NCBI RefSeq assembly: GCF_013393905.1
Contig: NZ_CP040272.1
Location: 2,360,900-2,392,899 of the forward strand
DNA length: 32,000 bases
From: Nostoc sp. C052
GTDB lineage: Bacteria; Cyanobacteriota; Cyanobacteriia; Cyanobacteriales; Nostocaceae
Reading direction: 5' to 3'
Below the pieces are notes generated by a model that worked only from the letters and a program-made list of their open reading frames with translations, was not told where the DNA came from and searched no databases. A program made the position numbers and the translations under genes. Positions 1 to 10,898 of the stretch are shown one piece after another. The first letter of the stretch is position 1, and each line of letters starts with the position of its first letter.

Positions 1-1
1 T

Positions 2-427
2 GCAAATGATTTTAACGCTGGAGCGATCGCCTGGAAAACTTATACTAACTCTCGTTATGGCTTTGAATTTCCATATCCGAGTACCTGGACTCCTTTAGCA
101 GCCCCAGCAAACGATGATGGAATTGCGTTTATTTCACCACAGGACAAATCAGTGGAAATTCGGGGATGGGCAAGTCATCAGCTACCAAATTCGATTGTTA
201 CAGATCAAGAGTCTGTGAAAAAGATACAACCAAACTTTCAAACCACTCAAGGAGTTTCTGGGGTGGTAGTTGTAGAAGTTGATCAACAAGTAGGTTCCAT
301 GACACTGACACTAACTCAGGGTCAAGTGAAATACCATTTGCGGGGACGAAGCAAGAGCCAAAAATTTCAAGATTACTATCGTTTGTTTTATTACATTGCC
401 CAGCAGTATCGGATTACGAAGTCTTGA
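2..427 (+). CDS. Hypothetical protein, C-terminal part (5' end lies outside the window)
   Basis: The frame is open from position 2 to the stop at 425-427 (ANDFNAGAIAWKTYTNSRYGFEFPYPSTW...). The track ORF 152..427 is its 3' part. I recognised no catalytic motif. Confidence 0.45.
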   Translation, partial: ANDFNAGAIAWKTYTNSRYGFEFPYPSTWTPLAAPANDDGIAFISPQDKSVEIRGWASHQLPNSIVTDQESVKKIQPNFQTTQGVSGVVVVEVDQQVGSMTLTLTQGQVKYHLRGRSKSQKFQDYYRLFYYIAQQYRITKS

Positions 428-556
428 GGTATGGGGTATGGGGATAAAGGAGATGAAAAAGCAAGGGAGCAGGGAGCTAGGGAGAAGAGTTTTCCCCCAG
501 CAACAGCAGCACCCCGCCCCTCTGCCTCTTCTCCATACCCAATCCCCAATCCCCAA
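428..556. repeat. STRR-like intergenic element: G-rich heptamers (GGTATGG/GGGTATG) on the left, C-rich heptamers (CCCCAAT) on the right
   Basis: ggtatggggtatgggga at 428-444 and ccatacccaatccccaatcccca at about 533-555. The same G-array/C-array architecture recurs at 14791-14891, 19708-19760 and 30807-30864. Confidence 0.6.
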
Positions 557-627
557 AATCCACATCTCCCTCAGAATGATGATTGAGAGGGGACAGAAAC
601 CTGATAAATTTAGCTATCAGCGAGTAA

Positions 628-1794
<1,167 letters not shown>

Positions 1795-1806
1795 GGTAAA
1801 CTCTGC

Positions 1807-2451
1807 GTGCGGCTGATAACAGAAGCTTATTTAACTCAAGTCAGTAATTGGCCTGAAAATGGTCGTCATATTTTAGCACAATATGACGACCATTCAATTG
1901 TTGTTTATCAAGCGTATCGTCCATCTATTGGTAACTTCGCCGCCACCTATGGTTATTTTGGTGGTGAGTTTAGTTTTGACCGTATGAGTTGGATAAAACC
2001 TAACTTCCTCTGGATGATGTATCGTTCTGGATGGGGTACACAAAATGGACAAGAGGTAGTGTTAGCTATTTGGATTAAGCGTTCGGCTTTTAATGAAATT
2101 TTAGCGGCGGCTGTTCATTCCAGCTACGTTCCAGAACTTTATCCCGATAAAAGTATATGGCAAAAAGCATTGAAGCAATCACAAGTCCGTCTACAATGGG
2201 ACCCAGACCATCACCCAACTGGGACAAAATTAGAAAGACGCGCTATTCAGTTAGGGTTACGTGGTGAAGTACTAGTTGCTTATGCCAAAGATTGGATTGT
2301 GAACATTGAGAACATCTCGGACTTTGTACAAAAACAGAGGCAAAACATTAAATCTGACTGTGCAGAGTTGATTACACCACAGGAGAGAGTCTATTCTGTG
2401 TTTGATACCGAAACGCAAGCAAAGCTGAGATTATCTGCCTGGACTGAATAG
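1807..2451 (+). CDS. DUF4291-like conserved protein of unknown function, embedded in the sulfolipid operon
   Basis: GTG start 13 nt after the sqdB stop; the ORF ends 6 nt before the sqdX ATG. The sequence (WPENGRHILAQYDDHSIVVYQAYRP...FSFDRMSWIKPNFLWMMYRSGWG) resembles the DUF4291 family as I remember it. Confidence 0.65.
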   Translation: MRLITEAYLTQVSNWPENGRHILAQYDDHSIVVYQAYRPSIGNFAATYGYFGGEFSFDRMSWIKPNFLWMMYRSGWGTQNGQEVVLAIWIKRSAFNEILAAAVHSSYVPELYPDKSIWQKALKQSQVRLQWDPDHHPTGTKLERRAIQLGLRGEVLVAYAKDWIVNIENISDFVQKQRQNIKSDCAELITPQERVYSVFDTETQAKLRLSAWTE

Positions 2452-2457
2452 TTTTTT

Positions 2458-3588
2458 ATGAGAATTGCTTTATTTACCGAAACCTTTTTACCCAAGGTTG
2501 ACGGCATTGTAACGCGCCTACGCCATACTGTTGACCATCTACAGCGCAGTGGTAATCAAGTGCTGGTGATTGCCCCAGATGGAGGCATCACAGAACACAA
2601 AGGCGCTAAAGTTTACGGTGTTACTGGCTTTCCTCTGCCATTGTATCCAGAATTGCAAATGGCATTACCCCGCCCAGCTATTGGTTATGTTTTAGAAGAG
2701 TTTAAGCCTGATATTATTCATGTCGTAAATCCAGCAGTTTTGGGTTTAGCAGGTATATTTTATAGCAAAATCCTCAAAATTCCCTTGGTGGCGTCTTATC
2801 ATACCCATTTACCCCAATATCTCCAACATTACGGTTTGGCTATGTTAGAAGGGTTTCTTTGGGAACTGCTAAAAGGCGCTCATAATCAAGCAGCTTTGAA
2901 TCTGTGTACTTCCACAGCAATGGTTGAGGAACTGACAGCACACGGTATTGAACGTGTAGATTTATGGCAGCGCGGAGTAGATACAGAATTATTTCACCCC
3001 GATTTAGCTAGTGTAGAGATGCGATCGCGCTTATCGCAAAATCATCCAGAAAGTCCATTACTACTTTACGTTGGGCGGCTTTCGGCGGAAAAAGAGATTG
3101 AGCGCATCAAACCAATTTTAGAAGCAATTCCCCAAGGGCGGTTAGCATTAGTTGGGGATGGGCCCCACCGTCAAGCATTGCAAAAACACTTTGCTGGTAC
3201 AAACACTTATTTTGTGGGGTATCTCATGGGACAAGAATTAGGTTCTGCCTTTGCGAGTGCTGATGCCTTTATCTTTCCTTCCCGTACAGAAACACTGGGC
3301 TTAGTATTACTAGAAGCGATGGCTGCTGGCTGTCCGGTGGTAGCAGCCCGTTCTGGGGGAATTCCCGATATTGTGACAGATGGCGTAAATGGATATCTTT
3401 TTGAGCCAACAGCAGATATTCAAGGGGCATTAGCTGCTACTGTTCGCCTCTTAGAACAAAAACAACAACGAGATATCATCCGCAAAAATGCTCGTCAGGA
3501 AGCAGAAAGTTGGGGTTGGGCAGCTGCGACCAGACAGCTACAAGATTACTATCAAAAAGTGATATTTTCTCAAGACTTGACAAAATAG
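2458..3588 (+). CDS. sqdX: Sulfoquinovosyl-diacylglycerol synthase, GT4 family glycosyltransferase
   Basis: GT-B/GT4 features: N-terminal MRIALFTETFLPKVDGI and an EX7E motif (ETLGLVLLEAMAAG). Operon context with sqdB. Confidence 0.85.
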   Translation: MRIALFTETFLPKVDGIVTRLRHTVDHLQRSGNQVLVIAPDGGITEHKGAKVYGVTGFPLPLYPELQMALPRPAIGYVLEEFKPDIIHVVNPAVLGLAGIFYSKILKIPLVASYHTHLPQYLQHYGLAMLEGFLWELLKGAHNQAALNLCTSTAMVEELTAHGIERVDLWQRGVDTELFHPDLASVEMRSRLSQNHPESPLLLYVGRLSAEKEIERIKPILEAIPQGRLALVGDGPHRQALQKHFAGTNTYFVGYLMGQELGSAFASADAFIFPSRTETLGLVLLEAMAAGCPVVAARSGGIPDIVTDGVNGYLFEPTADIQGALAATVRLLEQKQQRDIIRKNARQEAESWGWAAATRQLQDYYQKVIFSQDLTK

Positions 3589-3746
3589 GGTAATGGGAGA
3601 TGAGCTAGCACGGGAAGAAGAAAGATTATTGCCCAATGCCTAAAATCTAAAATTCCCATAACCGAAACAGACTCATGATACAAGCCCATTTATTTATGGT
3701 AATTATTAATTTTGAATTTTGAATTTTTAATTCGGAGCGAAGCGAC

Positions 3747-6317
3747 GTGACACTCCCCAACCCTGGCAGCGTCTTGGCTACATTAACTGAACTAACTCAA
3801 GTTAATCGTACTCACGCCCTACTGCGTCGCGTTAAAGACTTATCTGTTAACGAATTTGTTTGCTTACTTGACTTTATAACTGCTGAGTTCCAGCAATTTC
3901 TGAGAGCTATTGAACTAATCAATAATGAAGCTCTAGAAACTATGTTGGAGAAAGTATTAGAAGCCATCACACTCAAAATCGGTCAAATTCTCCAAGCAGA
4001 ACATACAGCTATTTTTTTAGTTGACTATGACAAAGGTCAATTGTGGTCGAAAGTTCCCCAAGATAATACTCAAAAATTCTTAGAAATTCGTACTCCCATT
4101 ACAGTGGGTATCCCTGGTCATGTTGCGAGTACAGGTCAATATCTCAATATATCTGAAACTTATACTCATCCGCTATTTAGCCCAGAGCTTGAAAAACAAA
4201 TGGGCTACAAAATACATAACATTTTATGTATGCCCGTTATTAGTAGTAAAAATAAGACTGTAGCGGTAGTACAACTAGCTAATAAAACCGGGAATGTTCC
4301 GTTTAATCATGATGATGAAGAACGTTTTCGAGACTTTGCCGCCTCTATTGGTATTATTCTAGAAAGCTGCCAATCTTTTTATGTTGCTGCTCGTAATCAA
4401 AGAGGCGCAACGGCTTTGTTACGGGCAACTCAGACACTAGGGCAAAGTCTGGATTTAGAAGCAACTTTGCAAATAGTCATGGAACAAGCCCGAATTCTCA
4501 TGCAGGCAGACCGCAGTACACTATTTTTATATCGTAAAGAGATGAGCGAACTCTGGACGAAAGTGGCAGCGGCGGCAGATGGCACAAACTTGATAGAAAT
4601 CCGCATTCCTGCTAACCGTGGCATTGCTGGATATGTAGCTTCCACTGGTGAAGCCTTAAATATTTCTGATGCTTACAAAGACCCCCGTTTTGACCCAACG
4701 ACAGATAGAAAAACTGGCTATGTAACTCGCAATATTCTGTGTTTGCCAGTATTTAATTCTGCAAATGAATTGATTGGTGTGACGCAATTAATTAATAAGC
4801 AACAAGGGAGTTTTACTGCTTCTGATGAAGAGTTTATGCGGGCTTTTAATAATCAAGCCGGAATTGCCTTAGAAAATGCTCGTCTGTTTGAAAATGTGCT
4901 ATTAGAAAAACAGTATCAAAAAGATATTTTACAAAGTCTGTCAGATGCCGTGATTTCTACAGATATGGCAGGACAAATTGTCACGATTAATGATGCAGCA
5001 TTGGAGTTGCTGGGTTGTCCGATAGGAGACGCCAATAGCAAGAATAACAAGCTTTTGTGGGAACAAAATTTGATTGGCCGCCTAGTTTGGGAAGTTGTGC
5101 CGATTGAAAATCTCCAAATGCGACTAGAAGATAGTCTCAAAACTGGAGCTAAACATTATGTGCCAGAGCAAAGTTTGATGGTGGGACTTTATCAAGTGCT
5201 GAGTGCTGTTAGCAGTAGCGGGACTCATCACTCAATTTTAGCAGTACGCGATCGCACTAACCCCGATATTTTCATTCCCTGGAATCAACCCCTCATTCCC
5301 CAATCTGAGTTTCTCACTGCTGATGAGGTACAAACATTAGAGCGCAGTACTAATCTCACTGTGAATCCCCTGACTAACCCAGAAGGCGGTGTACGCGGTG
5401 GTTTGGTGGTGTTGGAAGACATCAGTCAGGAAAAACGGATGAAAACTACCATGTCTCGCTACCTAACGCCTCATGTCGCTGAACAAGTGATGGCGCTGGG
5501 AGAAGATGCTTTAATGGTAGGCGAGCGCAAGGAAGTAACCATCTTATTTTCTGATATCCGGGGCTACACAACACTGACGGAAAATCTTGGTGCAGCTGAA
5601 GTGGTATTGCTGCTAAATCAGTATTTTGAAACGATGGTAGAGGCGGTTTTTAACCACGAAGGTACTCTCGATAAATTTATTGGAGATGCCTTAATGGCAG
5701 TATTTGGTGCGCCGTTACCACTTACAGAAAATCATGCTTGGAGGGCTGTGCAGTCAGCGTTAGATATGCGACAACGCTTGGAGGAATTTAACCAGCGGCG
5801 AATTATCCAGGCGCAACCACAAATTCGTATTGGCATTGGGATTAGTTCTGGGGATGTGGTTTCGGGTAATATTGGTTCCCGCAAACGAATGGATTACACC
5901 GTCATTGGAGATGGTGTAAATTTGAGTTCGCGCTTAGAGGCAGTAACAAAGGATTATGGCTGTGATATTATTTTAAGCGAATTTACTTACCAATTGTGCA
6001 GCGATCGCATTTGGGTGCGCCAATTAGATAAAATTCGAGTCAAAGGGAAACACCAGGCAGTTAATATCTACGAGTTAATTGGCGATCGCACTACTCCCCT
6101 AGATGCCAACACTCAAGAGTTTTTGTTTCATTATCATACTGGACGCGCTGCTTATTTATCGCGCAACTTCTCACAAGCGATCGCCTGTTTTGAAGCCGCC
6201 AAATGCATCCAACCCCAAGACCAAGCTGTTGATATCCACCTAGAACGTGCGAGGAATTATCAACAAACTCCGCCTCCAGAGTCCTGGGATGGTGTCTGGA
6301 CAATGCTTTCTAAGTAG
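3747..6317 (+). CDS. cyaB1: Class III adenylate cyclase with GAF-GAF-PAS-cyclase-TPR-like architecture (CyaB1 type)
   Basis: Two GAF-like blocks (...GIPGHVASTGQYLNISETY... and ...GIAGYVASTGEALNISDAY...), then a PAS-like segment, then cyclase motifs (ILFSDIRGYTTLTE, KFIGDALMAVFGAP, GDGVNLSSRLE). At 856 aa it is similar in size and layout to Anabaena CyaB1. GTG start. Confidence 0.85.
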   Translation: MTLPNPGSVLATLTELTQVNRTHALLRRVKDLSVNEFVCLLDFITAEFQQFLRAIELINNEALETMLEKVLEAITLKIGQILQAEHTAIFLVDYDKGQLWSKVPQDNTQKFLEIRTPITVGIPGHVASTGQYLNISETYTHPLFSPELEKQMGYKIHNILCMPVISSKNKTVAVVQLANKTGNVPFNHDDEERFRDFAASIGIILESCQSFYVAARNQRGATALLRATQTLGQSLDLEATLQIVMEQARILMQADRSTLFLYRKEMSELWTKVAAAADGTNLIEIRIPANRGIAGYVASTGEALNISDAYKDPRFDPTTDRKTGYVTRNILCLPVFNSANELIGVTQLINKQQGSFTASDEEFMRAFNNQAGIALENARLFENVLLEKQYQKDILQSLSDAVISTDMAGQIVTINDAALELLGCPIGDANSKNNKLLWEQNLIGRLVWEVVPIENLQMRLEDSLKTGAKHYVPEQSLMVGLYQVLSAVSSSGTHHSILAVRDRTNPDIFIPWNQPLIPQSEFLTADEVQTLERSTNLTVNPLTNPEGGVRGGLVVLEDISQEKRMKTTMSRYLTPHVAEQVMALGEDALMVGERKEVTILFSDIRGYTTLTENLGAAEVVLLLNQYFETMVEAVFNHEGTLDKFIGDALMAVFGAPLPLTENHAWRAVQSALDMRQRLEEFNQRRIIQAQPQIRIGIGISSGDVVSGNIGSRKRMDYTVIGDGVNLSSRLEAVTKDYGCDIILSEFTYQLCSDRIWVRQLDKIRVKGKHQAVNIYELIGDRTTPLDANTQEFLFHYHTGRAAYLSRNFSQAIACFEAAKCIQPQDQAVDIHLERARNYQQTPPPESWDGVWTMLSK

Positions 6318-6318
6318 T

Positions 6319-6345
6319 CATTAGTCATTCTCCTTCTGACTAATG
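6319..6345. terminator. Weak hairpin between convergent genes (cattagtc - 11 nt - gactaatg)
   Basis: An 8-bp perfect stem seen directly, located 2 nt after the cyaB1 stop and upstream of the minus-strand gene end. There is no strong U-tract. Confidence 0.3.
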
Positions 6346-6367
6346 CCCAATTCTCTGCGTCTCTGGC

Positions 6368-6643
6368 TCAACCTTTAGCCTCTCCGTGGTCATCTTGAAA
6401 CGGATCTTCGCCAATCCCTAGCTCTTTTTTTGAGCGTTTCAACTGTTTCCATAGATCCTTTATTTGTTCGTAAGCTGCACCTGGAGGTAGTTTTCCACCT
6501 GTTTCTAAGTTGCAAATGTAGCTGACCCGTTGAGCAAATTCCTGTAAATTTGCATTAAAAACCAAGTTTTCCGGCTTTACTTGACCGTAGTAGCGACCAC
6601 GAGGGAAGAGAAAATCATCCTTGTTCACTATTTTATTCTCCAA
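6368..6643 (-). CDS. Small conserved hypothetical protein (91 aa)
   Basis: Clean ORF convergent with cyaB1, with plausible composition and no overlap with other genes. A small minus-strand gene sits at this position in the related Anabaena locus as far as I recall. Confidence 0.55.
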   Translation of the reverse strand: MENKIVNKDDFLFPRGRYYGQVKPENLVFNANLQEFAQRVSYICNLETGGKLPPGAAYEQIKDLWKQLKRSKKELGIGEDPFQDDHGEAKG

Positions 6644-7311
6644 TTTCTTTAGTTCTCCTTCTATTTGAATCTCTGAAGCTGAATCACTAGCTAACCTAAT
6701 TTTTACTTTTGTGAGACTGGGGTAGACCCATCACCCAAATCCTTTTCCTAATTGTTGATGCAGGAGTTGGTCAATTTAGATTTTGAGACTAGAGGATAAA
6801 GCTTAAAATATTTTTGTTGTAAATGTTACAAAAAAGCTTCTGCTAAAGTAACCAGAGGGAATATTTGACTTTCCTCCCAGTTGTCAATTTATCTCATCTT
6901 AATTTATGAAGTTCAAACTGTAATCAACTTCAGTCGAAACAATTAGATACATACTAAAACATACCCAAATATCTTAGCAAATTATATTTGCAACAATAAG
7001 TACATTTTATTTTATAAGCTTACTTAAGTAAATATACTATGTAGAAAAGCAAACTGTCCTCTGTTAAAAGTTAGAGATTTAGTTCTGAATCTCTGGCAAC
7101 TAGCTACTGAAGAATCACCAAAAAGAGGGCATTAAACATTGGGCATTGGAAAGAGGCACAGGAGTAGGGTGCGGAGGGGAAAATTCTTCTTCCTTGCTGC
7201 CTGCTCCCTCATTAAAATAATCACCAATGGCTAATAGTTAATAACTAAAGATAAAATGGTGAAGCCTCAAAGGACAACTTTTGTCCATCGCCTAAAACTT
7301 TACCTGCCACC

Positions 7312-8049
7312 ATGTCTGTTAATTCCAAGTTATACGAAGGCAAAGCGAAAATTCTCTATACAACGGACGATCCAGAAGTCCTGTTGGCTGATTTTAAGGA
7401 TGATGCCACGGCGTTTAACGCCCAAAAGCGTGGCAGTATCCAAGGTAAAGGAAAAATCAATTGTAGCATTTCCAGCCAGCTTTTTAAACAGTTGGAGGCT
7501 TATGGTATAAAGACTCACTTTATCGACAGCCCTGCCCCAAATCAGATGCGAGTGAGGGCAGTCAAGATTTTCCCCTTAGAAGTAGTAATCAGAAATATTG
7601 CTGCTGGCAGTTTGTGTCAGCAAACAGGATTATCAGTGGGTACAATTCTGAAACAGCCTTTGGTTGAGTTTTATTACAAAAACGATCAGTTAGGAGATCC
7701 TTTGTTGACACGCGATCGTCTGTACCTGCTAGAACTAGCTACTGCGGAACAAGTAGACGCAATTACACATCTAGCATTGCAAATCAATGAATTTCTCAAT
7801 AAATTTTGGCAGCGGTGCGGCATTACCCTAGTAGACTTCAAACTAGAGTTTGGCTTGGACTCACAACAGCAGTTGCTCTTGGCAGATGAAATTAGCCCCG
7901 ACACCTGCCGTTTGTGGGATATTGCAGAAGAAGACTCAAACCGCCGGGTAATGGACAAAGACCGCTTTCGTCGGGACTTAGGAAAAGTAGAGGATGCCTA
8001 CCAGGAAGTTTTACAAAGAGTGCTAAAAGCAGTAGAGAGTAATAGTTAA
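7312..8049 (+). CDS. purC: Phosphoribosylaminoimidazole-succinocarboxamide (SAICAR) synthase
   Basis: Family motifs KLYEGKAKILY, VVIRNIAAGS and LADEISPDTCRLWD; length 245 aa. Confidence 0.95.
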   Translation: MSVNSKLYEGKAKILYTTDDPEVLLADFKDDATAFNAQKRGSIQGKGKINCSISSQLFKQLEAYGIKTHFIDSPAPNQMRVRAVKIFPLEVVIRNIAAGSLCQQTGLSVGTILKQPLVEFYYKNDQLGDPLLTRDRLYLLELATAEQVDAITHLALQINEFLNKFWQRCGITLVDFKLEFGLDSQQQLLLADEISPDTCRLWDIAEEDSNRRVMDKDRFRRDLGKVEDAYQEVLQRVLKAVESNS

Positions 8050-8076
8050 GTGCATAAAAATCAATTAAACTCGTGT

Positions 8077-8133
8077 GGATTGTCATTTGTCCTTTGTTAT
8101 TCACCAATGACTAATGACCAATGACTAATGACT
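8077..8133. repeat. Left arm of a 57-nt imperfect inverted repeat flanking omp85/bamA (contains TGACCAA/TGACTAA heptamers = STRR2 complement)
   Basis: The reverse complement of 8077-8133 aligns with 10697-10753 at about 50 of 57 positions by my hand alignment. Confidence 0.75.
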
Positions 8134-8147
8134 ATTTGTGATGGTGT

Positions 8148-10694
8148 GTGGTCGTGAAGAGGAATATAAGTAAAATGCGTTTATCCCCCGTATTGCTGGC
8201 AGCAGTGGCAATTGCAGCCCCTTTGGGTGGTTCATTGAGTGCAAATGCCGAAACCGCCAACAGTTCAAAACAGACAACAGAAGTTTTGACACTAGAAACA
8301 AATCAGCAGCCAGAAAAGGACACTGGTCAGGTTAACTCTAGTAAAAATCTAGAATCTCTATCTAAATCCACAGCGGTTATGGAAGGGGAGCGTCCCCAAT
8401 CCCGCGTTATTGCAATTTACCCTGCCAATCCAGCAGCGATACCTGGGTTGGGCTACGCCTACGCGACTCCAGGGGTAAAAGTGTCAGCCTCTACAACACC
8501 AAAAACGGCACAAACTTCTCAACTCAATTCCAGCCCTACTCAACAGCCGTCTCCCGCTCCCGAAATTCAACAACCAGCGTCTTCCCCAACACCTGAGACT
8601 ACTCCAGTCCCAGAAAATGTCAATCCACCGACAACGGAACCTTTATTACCCACAACTCCAAAACCATCAAGTACTCCAGACATTCCATTTCCAGATAATC
8701 AACAAAGAACACCTGCCCCACGCCCAGGCACTACTCCCAATCCGCAGAATGTTAACCCACCGACTACAACTCCGGGAAATACTCAACCCAACACAACCCC
8801 AGAAGCCAATGACCCCCGCGTACTGGTGTCGGAAGTAGTAGTTAAATCACAGGCTGGGCAACTATCACCAGAACTAGAAAGCCAAGTTTACAAAGTAATT
8901 CGTACCCAACCAGGGCAAACCACAACCCGTAGCCAACTGCAAGAAGATATTAACGCCATTTTTGGTACTGGCTTCTTCTCCAACGTCCAAGCAACGCCAG
9001 AAGATACCCCCTTGGGAGTGCGAGTCAGCTTTGTGGTGCAGCCTAACCCTGTTCTTAGCAAAGTAGAAGTGCAAGCCAATCCTGGCACTGGTGTCGCTTC
9101 TGTACTACCAGCTAATACTGTAGATGAGGTATTTCGCGAGCAGTATGGCAAAATCCTCAACTTGCGTGACTTGCAAGAAGGCATCAAGCAGTTAAACAAG
9201 CGGTATCAAGACCAAGGCTACGTACTAGCCAACGTGATTGGAGCGCCACAAGTCTCTGAAAACGGAGTTGTTACCTTGCAAGTAGCAGAAGGGGTAGTAG
9301 AAAATATTAGAGTCCGGTTCCGCAATAAAGATGGTCAAGAGACAGACGAGAAAGGACAACCGATTCGGGGACGAACACAAGATTACATCATTACACGAGA
9401 AGTAGAACTGAAGCCAGGACAAGTATTCAATCGCAACACAGTACAAAAAGACCTACAGCGTGTGTATGGGCTGGGACTGTTTGAAGATGTGAATGTGTCC
9501 CTTGACCCTGGTACTGACCCCAGCAAGGTAGATGTAGTAGTAAATGTAGCTGAACGCAGCAGCGGTTCGATCGCAGCTGGGGCAGGGATTAGTTCTGCCA
9601 GCGGACTTTTTGGAACAGTAAGCTATCAACAGCAAAACCTGAACGGTCGAAACCAAAAACTGGGCGCAGAAGTACAGGTGGGAGAACGAGAACTGCTGTT
9701 TGACCTGCGGTATACCGATCCCTGGATTGCAGGAGATCCTTACCGGACTTCCTACACAACCAATATTTTCCGCCGTAGTTCTATTTCGTTGATTTTTGAT
9801 GGCAAAGATGAAGATGTTAGGACGTTTGACCCAGCTAATCCCACTAATACAGATTCTCAGGATCGCCCCCGCATTCTCCGTATAGGCGGCGGTGTTACCT
9901 TTACCCGTCCCCTGTCCTCCAATCCTTACAAAACTTCCGTCTGGACTGCCTCAGCAGGTATACAGTATCAGCGAGTTTCCGCCCGTGATGCCGATGGCAA
10001 TCTCAAAAAAACAGGAGCGGTATTCAATAATGATGGAGTTCCTCTTGATGAGAATGGAAACCCTACCAGCAACGGTCAACCAATCGAAATTCCACTTACC
10101 TTGTCTCCAGGAGGTCAAGACGATTTACTACTGCTGCAAGTCGGGGCACAGCGCGATCTCCGTAATAACCCCCTACAACCCACTAGCGGTTCTTATCTCC
10201 GCTTTGGGATTGATCAGTCGGTTCCCGTCGGACTAGGCAACATTTTCCTTACCAGATTTCGGGGTAGCTACAGCCAATATTTACCCATCAAGCTGCTTAG
10301 TTTCAGCAAAGGGGCACAAACCTTAGCATTTAACCTGCAAGCAGGAACCATCCTTGGTGACTTGCCTCCCTACGAAGCTTTTACCCTTGGGGGTAGCAAC
10401 TCTGTTCGTGGTTATGAAGAAGGAGCATTAGGTAGTGGACGCTCTTATGTGCAAGCATCAGTTGAGTATCGGTTTCCAGTTTTTTCAGTAGTCAGCGGCG
10501 CACTATTTTTTGATCTCGGCAGTGACTTGGGAACTAGTACTAGAGCAGCTGAAGTGTTAAACAAAAATGGTAGTGGTTTCGGGTATGGTCTTGGCGTTCG
10601 CGTCCAGTCTCCACTGGGGCCAATTCGTATTGACTACGGTATCAACGATGTGGGTGACAGTCGGATTAATTTCGGTATTGGCGAAAGATTCTAA
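8148..10694 (+). CDS. bamA: Omp85/BamA-family outer membrane protein (cyanobacterial Toc75-like) with Pro-rich N-terminal region, POTRA domains and a C-terminal beta-barrel
   Basis: Signal peptide MRLSPVLLAAVAIAAPLGGSLSANA; the ATG at 8175 is an alternative to the GTG at 8148. Pro/Thr-rich region with NVNPPTT repeated. POTRA-like segments. The barrel ends in ...RINFGIGERF with a terminal Phe. Followed by lpxC-fabZ-lpxA-lpxB. Confidence 0.9.
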   Translation: MVVKRNISKMRLSPVLLAAVAIAAPLGGSLSANAETANSSKQTTEVLTLETNQQPEKDTGQVNSSKNLESLSKSTAVMEGERPQSRVIAIYPANPAAIPGLGYAYATPGVKVSASTTPKTAQTSQLNSSPTQQPSPAPEIQQPASSPTPETTPVPENVNPPTTEPLLPTTPKPSSTPDIPFPDNQQRTPAPRPGTTPNPQNVNPPTTTPGNTQPNTTPEANDPRVLVSEVVVKSQAGQLSPELESQVYKVIRTQPGQTTTRSQLQEDINAIFGTGFFSNVQATPEDTPLGVRVSFVVQPNPVLSKVEVQANPGTGVASVLPANTVDEVFREQYGKILNLRDLQEGIKQLNKRYQDQGYVLANVIGAPQVSENGVVTLQVAEGVVENIRVRFRNKDGQETDEKGQPIRGRTQDYIITREVELKPGQVFNRNTVQKDLQRVYGLGLFEDVNVSLDPGTDPSKVDVVVNVAERSSGSIAAGAGISSASGLFGTVSYQQQNLNGRNQKLGAEVQVGERELLFDLRYTDPWIAGDPYRTSYTTNIFRRSSISLIFDGKDEDVRTFDPANPTNTDSQDRPRILRIGGGVTFTRPLSSNPYKTSVWTASAGIQYQRVSARDADGNLKKTGAVFNNDGVPLDENGNPTSNGQPIEIPLTLSPGGQDDLLLLQVGAQRDLRNNPLQPTSGSYLRFGIDQSVPVGLGNIFLTRFRGSYSQYLPIKLLSFSKGAQTLAFNLQAGTILGDLPPYEAFTLGGSNSVRGYEEGALGSGRSYVQASVEYRFPVFSVVSGALFFDLGSDLGTSTRAAEVLNKNGSGFGYGLGVRVQSPLGPIRIDYGINDVGDSRINFGIGERF

Positions 10695-10696
10695 TT

Positions 10697-10753
10697 TGTC
10701 ATTGGTCATTGGTCATTGGTCATTAGTGAATCACAAAGGACAAAGGACAATTA
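10697..10753. repeat. Right arm of the inverted repeat flanking bamA (TTGGTCA = STRR2 heptamers, then CAAAGGA heptamers)
   Basis: tgtcattggtcattggtcattggtcattagtgaatcacaaaggacaaaggacaattaa; see the left arm at 8077-8133. Confidence 0.75.
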
Positions 10754-10898
10754 ACTTTTTTGGATTAGCTTGCTAATTTTTACATTTACCTCAATACTGT
10801 TCCGATAAAGGGATTAATGACATTTTTCGGGGAATATCAGGGACTTTACCAAAACAGATGATGAAAAATACTAAAGGAAATATATTGACTTTTCGGCT

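Noticed and set aside
4430-6303. Antisense ORFs inside cyaB1 (4430..4645, 4916..5140, 6091..6303)
   Set aside because: They lie wholly within and antisense to a well-supported 856-aa gene. They are short, with no motifs.
6817-6831. Palindrome TTGTAA-ATG-TTACAA in the purC upstream region as an NtcA (GTA-N8-TAC) site
   Set aside because: The spacing between GTA and TAC is 5 nt rather than 8, so it does not fit the NtcA consensus. It may still be an operator for another factor, but I have no support for that.
7256-8107. ORFs 7256..7510 (+), 7330..7518 (-), 7686..7958 (-) and 7892..8107 (-)
   Set aside because: They overlap purC in alternative frames or strands. The purC assignment is unambiguous.
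8617-10776. Alternative-frame and antisense ORFs within bamA (8617..8838, 8874..9074, 8888..9199, 9225..9446, 9453..9656, 9892..10236, 10567..10776)
   Set aside because: All are embedded in the 848-aa Omp85 gene. Their composition reflects the opposite or shifted frame of a long gene.
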